64,000 nt of DNA from Naegleria gruberi (Eukaryota): NCBI GenBank assembly GCA_000004985.1, contig GG738887.1; one strand, given 5' to 3'. The position numbers and the translations under genes are program-made. Shown here piece after piece: positions 10,991-20,900 of the stretch; the stretch's first letter is position 1, and every line of letters begins with the position of its first letter. The notes beneath the pieces were generated by a model. The model ran no database searches, had not been told where the DNA came from, and saw nothing but the letters and a program-made list of their open reading frames with translations.

Positions 10991-12391
10991 ATGGCACAAC
11001 TTGAATCTAGCTCTTTCAATGCTAAATTAATAATAAATGAATTGGATCGTATAAAGGCTGATTATTTGAAGACTTGCTCCGATCATGGTGATTGTATTAT
11101 TAATTCTTCAAATTCCGATTGTTTAAATTCTTCATCACATAAAACTTTGGTTCAATTTATTGGAGAGGAAATGAAATTGAAACATGCTGTCAATGTGACC
11201 GTTCATGGGAAATATCCACAGAGATTAATTTGTTTGCATTATAATCAAACGAGAGCAAATTTTGAAAATTCATTGACTAGGGCATGTCGTGGAGTAATTG
11301 TAGATTTGGAAGAGATGAGGATTGTTCATATGCCTTTTTCAAAGTTTTTCAATTTTAATGAACCAATGGCTAAGAGAGATTCAGAAATTATTTCAGAACA
11401 TTTCGATCATGTTAAAATTTATGAGAAATTCGATGGATCAATTGTGAATTTTTACTTTTTTGATGGAGAATGGAGGGTGGCTTCATCATCAACTCCTGAT
11501 GGAAGTGCCAAGATGGGATTTTATTCAGTTTCAAAGGATAAAGAGGAAAATGAAAAACATAGACAGGAATCAAAGACTTTTGTATTTGCTGATTTGGTGT
11601 GGAATGCTTTTAATGACCTCGGTTTCAAAATACCACCAACAGAATTTGAGGGAAAATATTCATTTACATTTGAATTATTAACTCAAAAACATCCATTAGT
11701 TGTACAACATCCAGAACAGGATAATTTAATTTTACATGGTGTGAGATGCTTGGAAACATTTTCAGAAAAATCAATTGAACCATTTGCTCAACAATTCAAT
11801 TGGAAATACGCAACATGCGTTAAGGAAAAATTCGGATTCAAATCATTGGAAGATGTTTCCAAGATGGCTGATGAAAGAAATGCCTATGAACACGAAGGGT
11901 TTGTCGTTTGTTATGAAACTCCAGATAACAACGGGTCTGAATCAGTTGATTTCATTAGAGTGAAGATTAAAAATTCTGAATATGTGAAAATTTCACTCAC
12001 CTTATTCGATTCCGTGGAAAAAAGAGAAAACTCCTTTATAGAAATTATTAAGAAGAATGAATCTAGTGAATTTTTAGCTTATTTCCCTCAATTCGAATCG
12101 GCTTTCCACAGATTAAAGTTAGAATATAACTCCATAGTGGAAAAGTTGAACAATGTTAGAGGGAAAATAGAGGGAATAGTTGAGGAACTTGTAAAACAGG
12201 AAACTGACACTATCAGTGTCACAAGGATGAAAGCTCTTCAATCCATTGCCATTCAACAAGCCAAAGATGAACTCAAATTCTCCAAAACGATTGCAGATAT
12301 AATGTTTGGATTATGTTCTGATAGACAACTCATGGTTGAGGATGTTCTCAAATCAATGCCTCTTAAACGATACAAAACTCTCCTTTTCTAA
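10991..12391 (+). CDS. ATP-dependent polynucleotide (RNA) ligase, Rnl1/Rnl5-like nucleotidyltransferase
   Basis: Single 466-aa ORF. Covalent nucleotidyltransferase motif I is K-x-D-G in EKFDGSIVNFYFFDGEWRVASSS, motif IV is YEHEGFVVCYETPD and motif V is DFIRVKIKNSEYVK. No OB domain of the DNA-ligase/capping-enzyme type is evident, so it is Rnl-like. Confidence 0.6.
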   Translation: MAQLESSSFNAKLIINELDRIKADYLKTCSDHGDCIINSSNSDCLNSSSHKTLVQFIGEEMKLKHAVNVTVHGKYPQRLICLHYNQTRANFENSLTRACRGVIVDLEEMRIVHMPFSKFFNFNEPMAKRDSEIISEHFDHVKIYEKFDGSIVNFYFFDGEWRVASSSTPDGSAKMGFYSVSKDKEENEKHRQESKTFVFADLVWNAFNDLGFKIPPTEFEGKYSFTFELLTQKHPLVVQHPEQDNLILHGVRCLETFSEKSIEPFAQQFNWKYATCVKEKFGFKSLEDVSKMADERNAYEHEGFVVCYETPDNNGSESVDFIRVKIKNSEYVKISLTLFDSVEKRENSFIEIIKKNESSEFLAYFPQFESAFHRLKLEYNSIVEKLNNVRGKIEGIVEELVKQETDTISVTRMKALQSIAIQQAKDELKFSKTIADIMFGLCSDRQLMVEDVLKSMPLKRYKTLLF

Positions 12392-12591
12392 TTTATTCCA
12401 ATATTAATTATGCATAAAATCTAACAATTTACATTTCTTCCATGAATTGACGAGTTCAATTACATCAATTACACATTTTGATTTGTGCTAACGAGGAGAA
12501 GTTGAAATAAGCTTCTCCCTAGATTGTAAAGTTGCTCAACTGCGCCAAAACAATCGCACAATTTCAAAAAAAAAATCAAACTAATTGAATA

Positions 12592-13965
12592 ATGACTACG
12601 TGGCCCGAACATAGAGTGTTCAAAAGGCTTCACGGAGGAGCCTTTGTGTTGCTAGCAATTTATTGTACATTTAAACGAGTGTTTAGTCATGAAGCTTTGG
12701 ATGCCTTTCCGGAACGTGCCACTCGATTGGATATTTGGATGAAGAATATGTTTTTATTGATAATGGCAACATTGATGAGCTATTATTCGATTAAAAGAAT
12801 ACTCTCGGATATATTTGTAAATTTAAAAGGAATTAAGAGACAATTATTATTTATTATTTTAATTTATTTATCATTGGCATTGTATGGACAAGTTTATTCT
12901 AATATGAGTGGAAGAATGAAATCATTTTACTTTAGAATTTTCATAACATATGTTGGTAATTTGTGGCAAATGATAGCCATGCTATTCCTTACATTTTTGC
13001 TAGTGTTTTATGTTCCGATTTACTACATGATGAGGAAATTGAGTGACAATTTTGAGACAATGAAGAAAATTATATTATTTATTTCAGTAACTTTGTGTTT
13101 GTTTGGACTTTATCATACTTTGAGTCCAAGAGTTGTAATGGAACATTCAGTGAACGTTTCAAAAGGATTGGATCAAAAGAGATACATTAAGATTATTCCT
13201 ATTAGTGATGTACATTTGGGGCATTCAATGAGTGTTAAGGATTTTTCAAATTTGAGTCAGGACATTTTGAATATTGTAAATAGAGATCCAGAAAATACGC
13301 TTGTACTTTTTATGGGAGACTTTTTCACTTTTGAATCAGAATTTAACGTTGCCTTCGAAGATGCAATTTATGAAGGATTGAAACCACTCCAATCCATTCA
13401 CAAGAATGTCTATGTAGCTCTAGGAAATCATGATATAGATCTTCTGGATACTGTTCTTTACCAGCTAAAAAGATTACAAATTACAATTCTTACAGATGAA
13501 AGTTTGGTATTGAAGAAGAAACGAATTCAATTGACAGGTTTCAATTACTTCTTTAAGAATGCTGACATTTTATCTAAACAAGTAGCAAGTAATGCCAAGA
13601 TGGAGAAGGATGTAGATTTAAGACTTTTATTATTACATAATCCTTCTCACTTTAAATATGCTGCTAGTGAATTGAATGACAAGATTCCATCTATTACTTT
13701 TAGTGGACATTTTCACGGTGGACAATTCAGTGCTCGTAATTTCTTCAGATCTCTAAGGATAGGTTTTGTTGAGGCTATTACTGGTCATCCTGACTATGAA
13801 TGGTATGGATTTGATTTTGAATCTGAAACTGTCAAGTCCCTTAGCTCTATTGCTTTGAAACCTTCCAATCCATTACTCTATGTTTGTTCAGGGGCTGGTT
13901 TTTATGGACCTCCTTTACGAATTGGCACATCCTCCGAGTTACCAATTATTCATATCAATTACTAA
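12592..13965 (+). CDS. Transmembrane protein with calcineurin-like metallophosphoesterase domain (TMPPE-like)
   Basis: 457-aa ORF with about five N-terminal hydrophobic helices. Metallophosphoesterase motifs follow: IPISDVHLG, LVLFMGDFF, ALGNHD, LLLLHNPSH and GHFHGGQ. Confidence 0.65.
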   Translation: MTTWPEHRVFKRLHGGAFVLLAIYCTFKRVFSHEALDAFPERATRLDIWMKNMFLLIMATLMSYYSIKRILSDIFVNLKGIKRQLLFIILIYLSLALYGQVYSNMSGRMKSFYFRIFITYVGNLWQMIAMLFLTFLLVFYVPIYYMMRKLSDNFETMKKIILFISVTLCLFGLYHTLSPRVVMEHSVNVSKGLDQKRYIKIIPISDVHLGHSMSVKDFSNLSQDILNIVNRDPENTLVLFMGDFFTFESEFNVAFEDAIYEGLKPLQSIHKNVYVALGNHDIDLLDTVLYQLKRLQITILTDESLVLKKKRIQLTGFNYFFKNADILSKQVASNAKMEKDVDLRLLLLHNPSHFKYAASELNDKIPSITFSGHFHGGQFSARNFFRSLRIGFVEAITGHPDYEWYGFDFESETVKSLSSIALKPSNPLLYVCSGAGFYGPPLRIGTSSELPIIHINY

Positions 13966-14196
13966 TAAATTCCATATCTTTTTCAATTTGCTGCTCACAA
14001 AGCATCCAATTAAGTTAAATAATTATTGAGGTGAACATTCCAAATTGCTATTTTTCAATTTTTAAAAAACAAAAAAATTAAACTAGTTTCATCTTCGCTC
14101 TGTTGGTCCTAAAAAATCAAGATTAATAATAGGAAGAACAATAAACAGGAACATTGGACGAAGCAAAAAATTGATACTAGCAGAGATCTGATCATT

Positions 14197-15946
14197 ATGG
14201 AATCATCATCATCGGAAAATTTAAAAAGCAAATGGGAAGTGAATAGGAAAAGTTGTCTCATAACAAGTACTTCTGCGGATGCTCCTCGACTTGAAATTTA
14301 TATAAAGAGGGGAGTTAATTTGGCTTTTAGAGAAAATAATGGTATGTTTAAACGAGTGATGATTTTACTAATAATAATAATTTATAATAATATTAATTAT
14401 TTATTTATACTTCTCATCAATCATCATCATCAATAATTAGATCCATTCCTTGTTGTGTGGTCTCATGCAAGATCGAGTGCAACCTCTGATTATTATACGA
14501 GTAGAAAATTAAAATCAAAGACAGCTAAATCATCAGCTAATCCAGAGTGGAGAGAAGTTTTTGAGGTGAGTTGTTTTGTATTGGTCAATCTAAATAATAT
14601 TATTTAAATTATTATTATTTTGTAATAATTATTAAACTTTTAGGTATCTGTTACTTGTGACGACAATAATAATCCACTTGATACAATTTCAATTTATATA
14701 TGGGACAAGGATAATTCTAAATTGGACGATTTCTTGGGATCGGCTGATATTCCACTTTCGACAATTATTAGAGATAGGGAAAATGTAATGAGTCTTCCAT
14801 TGGATGGAGTAGAAAGTGGACAACTTGATATTGTAGTATATCCTCACAATTTCGGAAAGGAAGATTCTTCTAAAATTGAAATTTCTGCATATCTGAACTC
14901 GTCACTCATTCAAAATTTAGGAGGTGGAACTGCTCCATCAATTAAGAATGTTTCAAGTTTTTTAAATACCAAGAAGGATAGTAAATTGAATAATAGATAT
15001 ACCATTATTAGAAACTTGGAAAAGGGTGGTTTTGGAATTGTAAGTTTTGGTTTCTTTGGAGCTGGATTTGACATTTTTCAAAGGTGTTTGTGGTAAAGGA
15101 TGAGAAAACAGGAGAAGAAAAAGCTTTAAAGAAAATCATGTGTAAAACATTGGAAGACGCCAACAGAGCAATCAAAGAAGCATGGCCATTTAAGAGCTTG
15201 GTTCATGAAAATCTTGTATTATATGAAGATATGTTTTTGGATGTTGAACAAAATATGGGAGAGTTTATATTCTATGTTTGTTATATTATGCCATTCTATA
15301 AACAAGGAGATTTGCATGCTTTATTAGAAGGAAAGCAAAGATCAAAGCCAAAGAAATATTTTAAACCTGTAGTATTAGCAAATTGGATTGTTCAAATAGC
15401 CAAGGGCATTGAATATCTGCATAATTATAAGGTAGTTCACAGAGATTTGAAACATAAGAATATTTTCTTTACCGAGGGATACAAACAGTTAAAGTAAGTT
15501 TTCACATAATTATGGAACTAACTGATATCTATTTAAATAGGATTGGAGATTTTGGCTTTGCAAAACAAGTAGAAGAAGGAAGAGCTTATACTCAACTTGG
15601 AAGTTCAGGATATATTGCACCAGAAATTCAGACCTCCTCTTCTGGTTATGGGCTTGGTGTAGATATTTGGAGTTTTGCAGTCATGGTCTATGAAATGATT
15701 ACATTGAAAATTGGAAGAGAACAAATCTCTCATGCCATACTGGCTCAATATAACTTTGATGATTATTGGAAGAATAATATTGAAGCTGAGGTCAAGAAAG
15801 CTTATCCTGATCCACAAATACATTCTTTACTTATCAACTTTTTGAGTAAGACACTGCGGATAGATCCTAACGAAAGAGCTAGTGCATCCGAATGTGTGAA
15901 AATGGCTAGAGAACTCAGACAAATGTTTGTTGAAAAGGAAAAATAA
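14197..15946 (+). CDS. C2 domain-containing Ser/Thr protein kinase (five exons)
   Basis: Exon model join(14197..14341,14441..14565,14644..15039,15084..15493,15541..15946), with introns of 99, 78, 44 and 47 nt (GTATGT/GTGAGT/GTAAGT donors, TTAG/TTTAG/AAAG/ATAG acceptors). The N-terminal C2 domain is LEIYIKRGVNLAFRENNGDPFLVVWSHARSS…NPEWREVFEVSVTCDD…IYIWDKDNSKLDDFLGSADIPLSTI. The kinase has the G-loop EKGGFGIVFVV, the lysine motif ALKKI, the catalytic loop HRDLKHKN, then DFGFAK and GYIAPE. Confidence 0.75.
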
Positions 15947-15964
15947 ACTTGTACAATATATTCT

Positions 15965-17671
15965 TTACTTGTCAGTTACTTGCTCCTTTACAAAATCATA
16001 ATTTAACGGGAAGTCCTCATTTGCTTTGAGTTCTTGTTCAAGAGCATTCATAATCGCAAGTACAACATCCTCTCTCCAATAACGACCAGCAACTTGAATG
16101 CAAACTGGTAACCCCTTACTATTCTTAAAGTTTTGATTACAAATCTTAAGTGGGAGTTCATTTGGGTTTTTAGAGAGAGGGCAGGAAATGTGATTTTCTT
16201 CTTGTTCTGATTCTGAAACTCTGGTTATAGGACAAACACCAGCCGGGAGTCCAAGGTAATTGAAAAGATGTACATATGTCATGTTCAAAACAACATCTGG
16301 CACATTCTCATGTTTACAATTGACAGAGCTTGCAGGGCACAAAACAGCATCATATCTTCCCTTATCAAGCAACTCGAAGAATGATCTTCTGAAATCATCT
16401 CTGTTAGCTACATGTCCCCACAATTCTGAAACAGTAATAGGAAGGAAACTATCCATTGATTTGGCTAAAATTGTTTGACCCAACCATGAAACCACAGTTC
16501 CCAACACTCCAACAAACCATTTCGGTAACAAGGATACATATTTGATACTCTTGGCCATTGGTGTTAATTTACTTCCAGCTATTTCCTTTCTATAACAGCT
16601 CATTCCATCTCCCATTAAGAAATGAACATAGCTCCTCCAATTCTCAAATGTTTTCATTTCTTTTGGAAGTTCAATTTCTTCGACGTGAGCTCCAAGTTTT
16701 CTCAATGTTTGAGCTGCCTCATCAAGACCTCTTTTAACTGATTTTGGAACAGTGAGTATTCCATTGTCTTTGAAAAGTGCAATTCTCAACTTGGAAATAT
16801 CAATCTTGTATGGATCTCTCAACTCTACAGGTGGATGCTTGATAGATTCATGTGAAAATCCACTAGAATAATCATCGTATTCATATCTTGTTAAAACTTT
16901 CATGGCAGTAATCAAGTTACTTGTAGATCGTCCCATAGGACCCATTTGTGACATGATAGCTTCCATTCCTCTATACAGCTCAGCATGTCCACTCAATGTT
17001 AATCTTCCACTTGTTGGTTTCAATCCAAATATTCCACAATGTGATGAAGGCAATCTAATAGATCCTCCAATATCTGATCCAATTCCCAATATTGATCCTC
17101 CAGCTCCAATAATTGCTCCTTCTCCACCACTACTTCCACCAGAGGTACGTGTCAAATCGAATGGATTATTGGTTCTTCCATAAACTGGATTATCAGAATC
17201 ATCAGCAGCCAACATTAATGCAACATTTGTCTTTCCCAAAACGATGGCTCCAGCATTCTTTAATCTCTTCACAAGAATTCCATCATCCTGAGCGAGAATA
17301 CCCACTCTACTGCTTAAACCCATTGTACATTGAGTTCCTTTAACATGAATAGACTCTTTAATGGTAACAGGAATTGAAAATAAGGGTTTTTCACAGAGAA
17401 TCTTCTCAATCCATTCACTCATTAAATTTTCATCTTGATCCGTAGGTCTCTCCTCAGATAACCACTTATCCAATTTCAATGCCTCTTCTCTGGCCTCTTC
17501 AAAGAGTGGAATACAAACAGCATTTAAAAGTTTGTTGGTTTTCTCAATTCGTGAGATGAAATATTCAATCAATTTCAGTGATGTTAATTCTCCTCGGAGC
17601 ACTTGACGAGATAATTGTTCAGCAGGAATTTGAAAAATTTGTTTTCTATCATCATCAACATGTTGCGACAT
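15965..17671 (-). CDS. Amidase-signature enzyme, fatty-acid amide hydrolase-like
   Basis: 568-aa single-exon ORF. The AS signature is GGSSGGEGAIIGAGGSILGIGSDIGGSIRLPSSHCGIFGLKPTSGR, upstream of the conserved catalytic-lysine region of AS enzymes. Confidence 0.8.
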   Translation of the reverse strand: MSQHVDDDRKQIFQIPAEQLSRQVLRGELTSLKLIEYFISRIEKTNKLLNAVCIPLFEEAREEALKLDKWLSEERPTDQDENLMSEWIEKILCEKPLFSIPVTIKESIHVKGTQCTMGLSSRVGILAQDDGILVKRLKNAGAIVLGKTNVALMLAADDSDNPVYGRTNNPFDLTRTSGGSSGGEGAIIGAGGSILGIGSDIGGSIRLPSSHCGIFGLKPTSGRLTLSGHAELYRGMEAIMSQMGPMGRSTSNLITAMKVLTRYEYDDYSSGFSHESIKHPPVELRDPYKIDISKLRIALFKDNGILTVPKSVKRGLDEAAQTLRKLGAHVEEIELPKEMKTFENWRSYVHFLMGDGMSCYRKEIAGSKLTPMAKSIKYVSLLPKWFVGVLGTVVSWLGQTILAKSMDSFLPITVSELWGHVANRDDFRRSFFELLDKGRYDAVLCPASSVNCKHENVPDVVLNMTYVHLFNYLGLPAGVCPITRVSESEQEENHISCPLSKNPNELPLKICNQNFKNSKGLPVCIQVAGRYWREDVVLAIMNALEQELKANEDFPLNYDFVKEQVTDK

Positions 17672-17737
17672 TTTTTTTATTTGTATATGCTCATTAAAAC
17701 TTCATCCAACAAATTGATTGATGTCCAAATTAGTCAA

Positions 17738-17796
17738 ATTAAATATTTAAATATTCTTTAATAATTTAAATATTTAACATTTAAATATTTAAAAAA
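17738..17796. repeat. Clustered TTAAATATTT/AAATATTTAA motifs in the 127-bp divergent intergenic region between the amidase and terpene synthase genes
   Basis: ttaaatatttaaatattctttaataatttaaatatttaacatttaaatattt read directly. The same decamer recurs at 9945-9990, 10396-10435, 23441-23462 and 63696-63715. Confidence 0.5.
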
Positions 17797-17798
17797 AA

Positions 17799-18923
17799 AT
17801 GATGAACAAAATATCTATCGCTCATCTTCCCTACTTTTTAATGAAATGTCCTCCTCCGAGAATTCACGATCCAAATCGCCAACTTGCCATAGACCATCTA
17901 ATCCAACAATGCTTAAAACATTCAATAATTTCCTCCCCGAAACATGCTCAATTATTTCGTTCCAAACTCGACCAATACAATCATATTGGATTAATTTATA
18001 ATTGTTATTATCCATCGAATTTAAATTATCAAAATGTTGTTGATGTTGATGATGCTGGAAAGGCTTGCCAACAAGTACAATTGCAACATTTGAAATTTAT
18101 TACCAATTATTTCTTCTTCTTGTTTAGTGTTGATGATCGGATTGATAGTGTTGTGGAGAATGATGATAGGGAGGCGATGGAAAGGAAGAATTGTTTGATT
18201 GATCAGTTGGTTGAGGTTTTGAGGGTTTATAGAAAGTTGGAGGATGGTAAGGTTGAGAGTAAGGATCCACATGTCAATTTCCTGATTCAAATTATGGAGG
18301 ATTTACATTTAATGACTGGAAATCAGGAGACAATTGATAGATTTGTGGGAAATATGGAGGGATTTTTCAATATTGGAGTGAGGGGTAATCAAGAGAATGA
18401 AACACCTGAAAATTATTTGGAGAGGAGAATTTATGATAGTGCCACTTATGCCATGTTGAATGTTTTGGAAATTACTTCGAGTAGAAATGCAGTTGGGTTG
18501 ATTGGGGAGGATTACAATACTGAACTCTTCTCAAAAGCTCACAGATTGTGTGCTATTGTTTTTTCAATGGTTAATGATTTACTTTCCTATCATAAGGATG
18601 TGGTACTGCCATCAGGAGGAAATTTATTGGGATTGGATTCGAATTTATCGTATATTCAGGTATTGTTGAAGAATAATAAGGATCTTTCATTAGAGCAGGC
18701 AACAAATCAATGTTTAGACTATATCCTTGAATCGAAATCTCAATTTGAGGCCATTATGAAATTGTGTGTAGATAATTGTAACGAGAAGCAATTGGATTAT
18801 ATTAGAGGAGTAGAAAAGCTCATGGATGGAATGTGTCTTTGGATGCTCTATTCCAACAGATACAGACACGAGGAGCAAGTTTATGAGGAATTGACAAAAT
18901 TGGTTGATGAGGAAAAATTCTAG
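17799..18923 (+). CDS. Class I terpene synthase (microbial/amoebal-type TPS)
   Basis: 374-aa ORF. It has an Asp-rich metal-binding motif FLFSVDDRID (DDxxD-like) and a downstream NSE/DTE-type motif VNDLLSYHKD, spaced as in sesquiterpene synthases of dictyostelids, bacteria and fungi. Confidence 0.7.
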   Translation: MMNKISIAHLPYFLMKCPPPRIHDPNRQLAIDHLIQQCLKHSIISSPKHAQLFRSKLDQYNHIGLIYNCYYPSNLNYQNVVDVDDAGKACQQVQLQHLKFITNYFFFLFSVDDRIDSVVENDDREAMERKNCLIDQLVEVLRVYRKLEDGKVESKDPHVNFLIQIMEDLHLMTGNQETIDRFVGNMEGFFNIGVRGNQENETPENYLERRIYDSATYAMLNVLEITSSRNAVGLIGEDYNTELFSKAHRLCAIVFSMVNDLLSYHKDVVLPSGGNLLGLDSNLSYIQVLLKNNKDLSLEQATNQCLDYILESKSQFEAIMKLCVDNCNEKQLDYIRGVEKLMDGMCLWMLYSNRYRHEEQVYEELTKLVDEEKF

Positions 18924-18961
18924 ATTTTGAAATGATAAATTTATATTCACACATTAATTGT

Positions 18962-20812
18962 TTACAAGTATTGAAGATTATGTTGTTGAATCTTATATCT
19001 AGAGAATGTATCCAGGGCAAGGTTTGACTTGACAGCATTGAACAGCTTATCGAACAAATCAAGTTGTCCTACACCTTTAACAATAACACCCATTTCCTTC
19101 TTTACAACATGGCCAGCAAGATTGATTGGAAAGGATGATTTTTCCTCCATTAAGAAGGTCTGAATGATACTCTCTTGTTTGATCATTCTCTCATGAGTAT
19201 GTTTAAATGTCTTGTATTCCAATACTGCATCCAAGAATAACATATTTTCCTCAGATTTTTCAGATTTACAGAATTGTTTAAATCTTTCCTTTTCTTCAGA
19301 GTTTAAGAGTAATCTGTCAAATTCATTGTCCATTGAGAAGAGTGAACTGGATTTAGAAATTGAAGAGCCCAACATTTGTGATGAAATTCTACCAACAAAG
19401 ACAAACATATGTTGATCTCCAGATGACATTTTAGATTTGGTGATATAGGCATCAAAATCAATATTCTTTCTCTTCTTTGTGACACCAGTGAATGGATGTG
19501 ACATGAGATCATCATAACTGGAAATAACTTGACTCAAGCCCTCACCTGCTTTGGCAGCCTCTTTCAATTGAGGGAAGATTTTATCGAGAGGCATCTTGGT
19601 AATTCCTTCAACATCCACAGCACTATAACCAAATCTTTCATAGAATGCAGTGTTTGCATGTGAAATAAAACCATCAGGTGTAACTGTCAAGACAATATCC
19701 TTAATACTATTCATAATGGAGGTTGTTCTTTCTTCAGCAACTGAAATTCTTTCTAAAAGCTTTTTCAATAATTCCTGCTCTTGAATTTGTTGCTCCAAGA
19801 GAACATCCAAACTATCCAACATGTAATTAATATTCTTGGAGACAGTTCCTAGCTCATCAGTACCTGTTGTTGAATCTGAAACTGAAACTCTTTGTTTGCT
19901 GTCATTGGATGCTGTAATACGTTGAATTTGAGTGGTGAGTGTTGTGAGACGTGACAAGACTCTTCTCTCAATGAAAAAGATGACAATCATGGAAGCAATG
20001 GCACAAACAACAAGCAATAAACCAATGGCCAACAAGACCGATTGAATTCCCAACAAGTAAACATCTCTTGCAATATCAGTTCTTACAATCATCAACTTGT
20101 TACCATAAATATCATTCACTAATTCTAGAGAGGCAAATCTTTGTTCACTCAACATAGTTCCATTAGTTTTCCAGCATTGTCTCTTTGAAAGAGAATCAGA
20201 AGAGAGAACTTCATAGGCAAAAACATCCAAATTGTCCCAATCAGCAGAAGTTTGATAAACATAAGTTCCATTCACTGAGCTCACTTGTTTAGAATAACTT
20301 GAAACAACTGCATCACTTGTATCCGAAAGTAAATGGAATGAGCAACACAACTGAGCACTATTTGCCAATGCATTAATAAATTTCGAGCTCATAATTCTAC
20401 CAAAAACCAAAACTCCTGAAGTATCTGATTGATCTGTATAATCACTCACAGACAATGGAGATGCAGAAAGCATAACAAGTTGTGAATTGTAATTATAAAA
20501 TCCACCATTTCTAGTATTTGGAGAGTCCATGTTTTTCATCAATGGATGACTTGATGGGAGGTATTGTAAAAACGTTGGAAGTGATGAAATACTTGTAGAA
20601 ATAATTCCAGTTGAGAAATCAATTGATCTTGGAACAGCAACTGTTCCATTCTTGAAATAATAAACAACCCAATTAACTTTAGATGATGTCATGATTGCCT
20701 TTGGAAAGTTTGAATCCATATAATCACTAACTTCATTGACAGTTGCCAAATTATTGGCATATCTCTTGAAAATATCATACGGAACTGTCCAAGCAGAAAA
20801 TGGCAATAAATT
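18962..20812 (-). CDS. Single-pass transmembrane sensor-like protein: extracellular domain, TM, coiled coil, PAS, C-terminal RGS domain; 5' end unresolved
   Basis: Track ORF 18962..20806 starts on TTG and the frame is open to a stop at about 20815, so the ATG exon is missing. One TM helix is IQSVLLAIGLLLVVCAIASMIVIFFI. After it comes a HAMP-like/coiled-coil segment (RRVLSRLTTLTTQIQRITAS…ELLKKLLERISVAEERTTSI), then a PAS-like segment (IKDIVLTVTPDGFISHANTAFYERFGYSAVDVEGI), then an RGS box (LLNSEEKERFKQFCKSEKSEENMLFLDAVLEYKTF…LDTFSRYK). Confidence 0.65.
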   Translation of the reverse strand, partial: NLLPFSAWTVPYDIFKRYANNLATVNEVSDYMDSNFPKAIMTSSKVNWVVYYFKNGTVAVPRSIDFSTGIISTSISSLPTFLQYLPSSHPLMKNMDSPNTRNGGFYNYNSQLVMLSASPLSVSDYTDQSDTSGVLVFGRIMSSKFINALANSAQLCCSFHLLSDTSDAVVSSYSKQVSSVNGTYVYQTSADWDNLDVFAYEVLSSDSLSKRQCWKTNGTMLSEQRFASLELVNDIYGNKLMIVRTDIARDVYLLGIQSVLLAIGLLLVVCAIASMIVIFFIERRVLSRLTTLTTQIQRITASNDSKQRVSVSDSTTGTDELGTVSKNINYMLDSLDVLLEQQIQEQELLKKLLERISVAEERTTSIMNSIKDIVLTVTPDGFISHANTAFYERFGYSAVDVEGITKMPLDKIFPQLKEAAKAGEGLSQVISSYDDLMSHPFTGVTKKRKNIDFDAYITKSKMSSGDQHMFVFVGRISSQMLGSSISKSSSLFSMDNEFDRLLLNSEEKERFKQFCKSEKSEENMLFLDAVLEYKTFKHTHERMIKQESIIQTFLMEEKSSFPINLAGHVVKKEMGVIVKGVGQLDLFDKLFNAVKSNLALDTFSRYKIQQHNLQYL

Positions 20813-20900
20813 CTACAATTCAATTCATAACAAAAATCAATATAATCCATTAACAATATAATTTAAAAAACAATATAATCATCAAATTACCAAATTTCAA

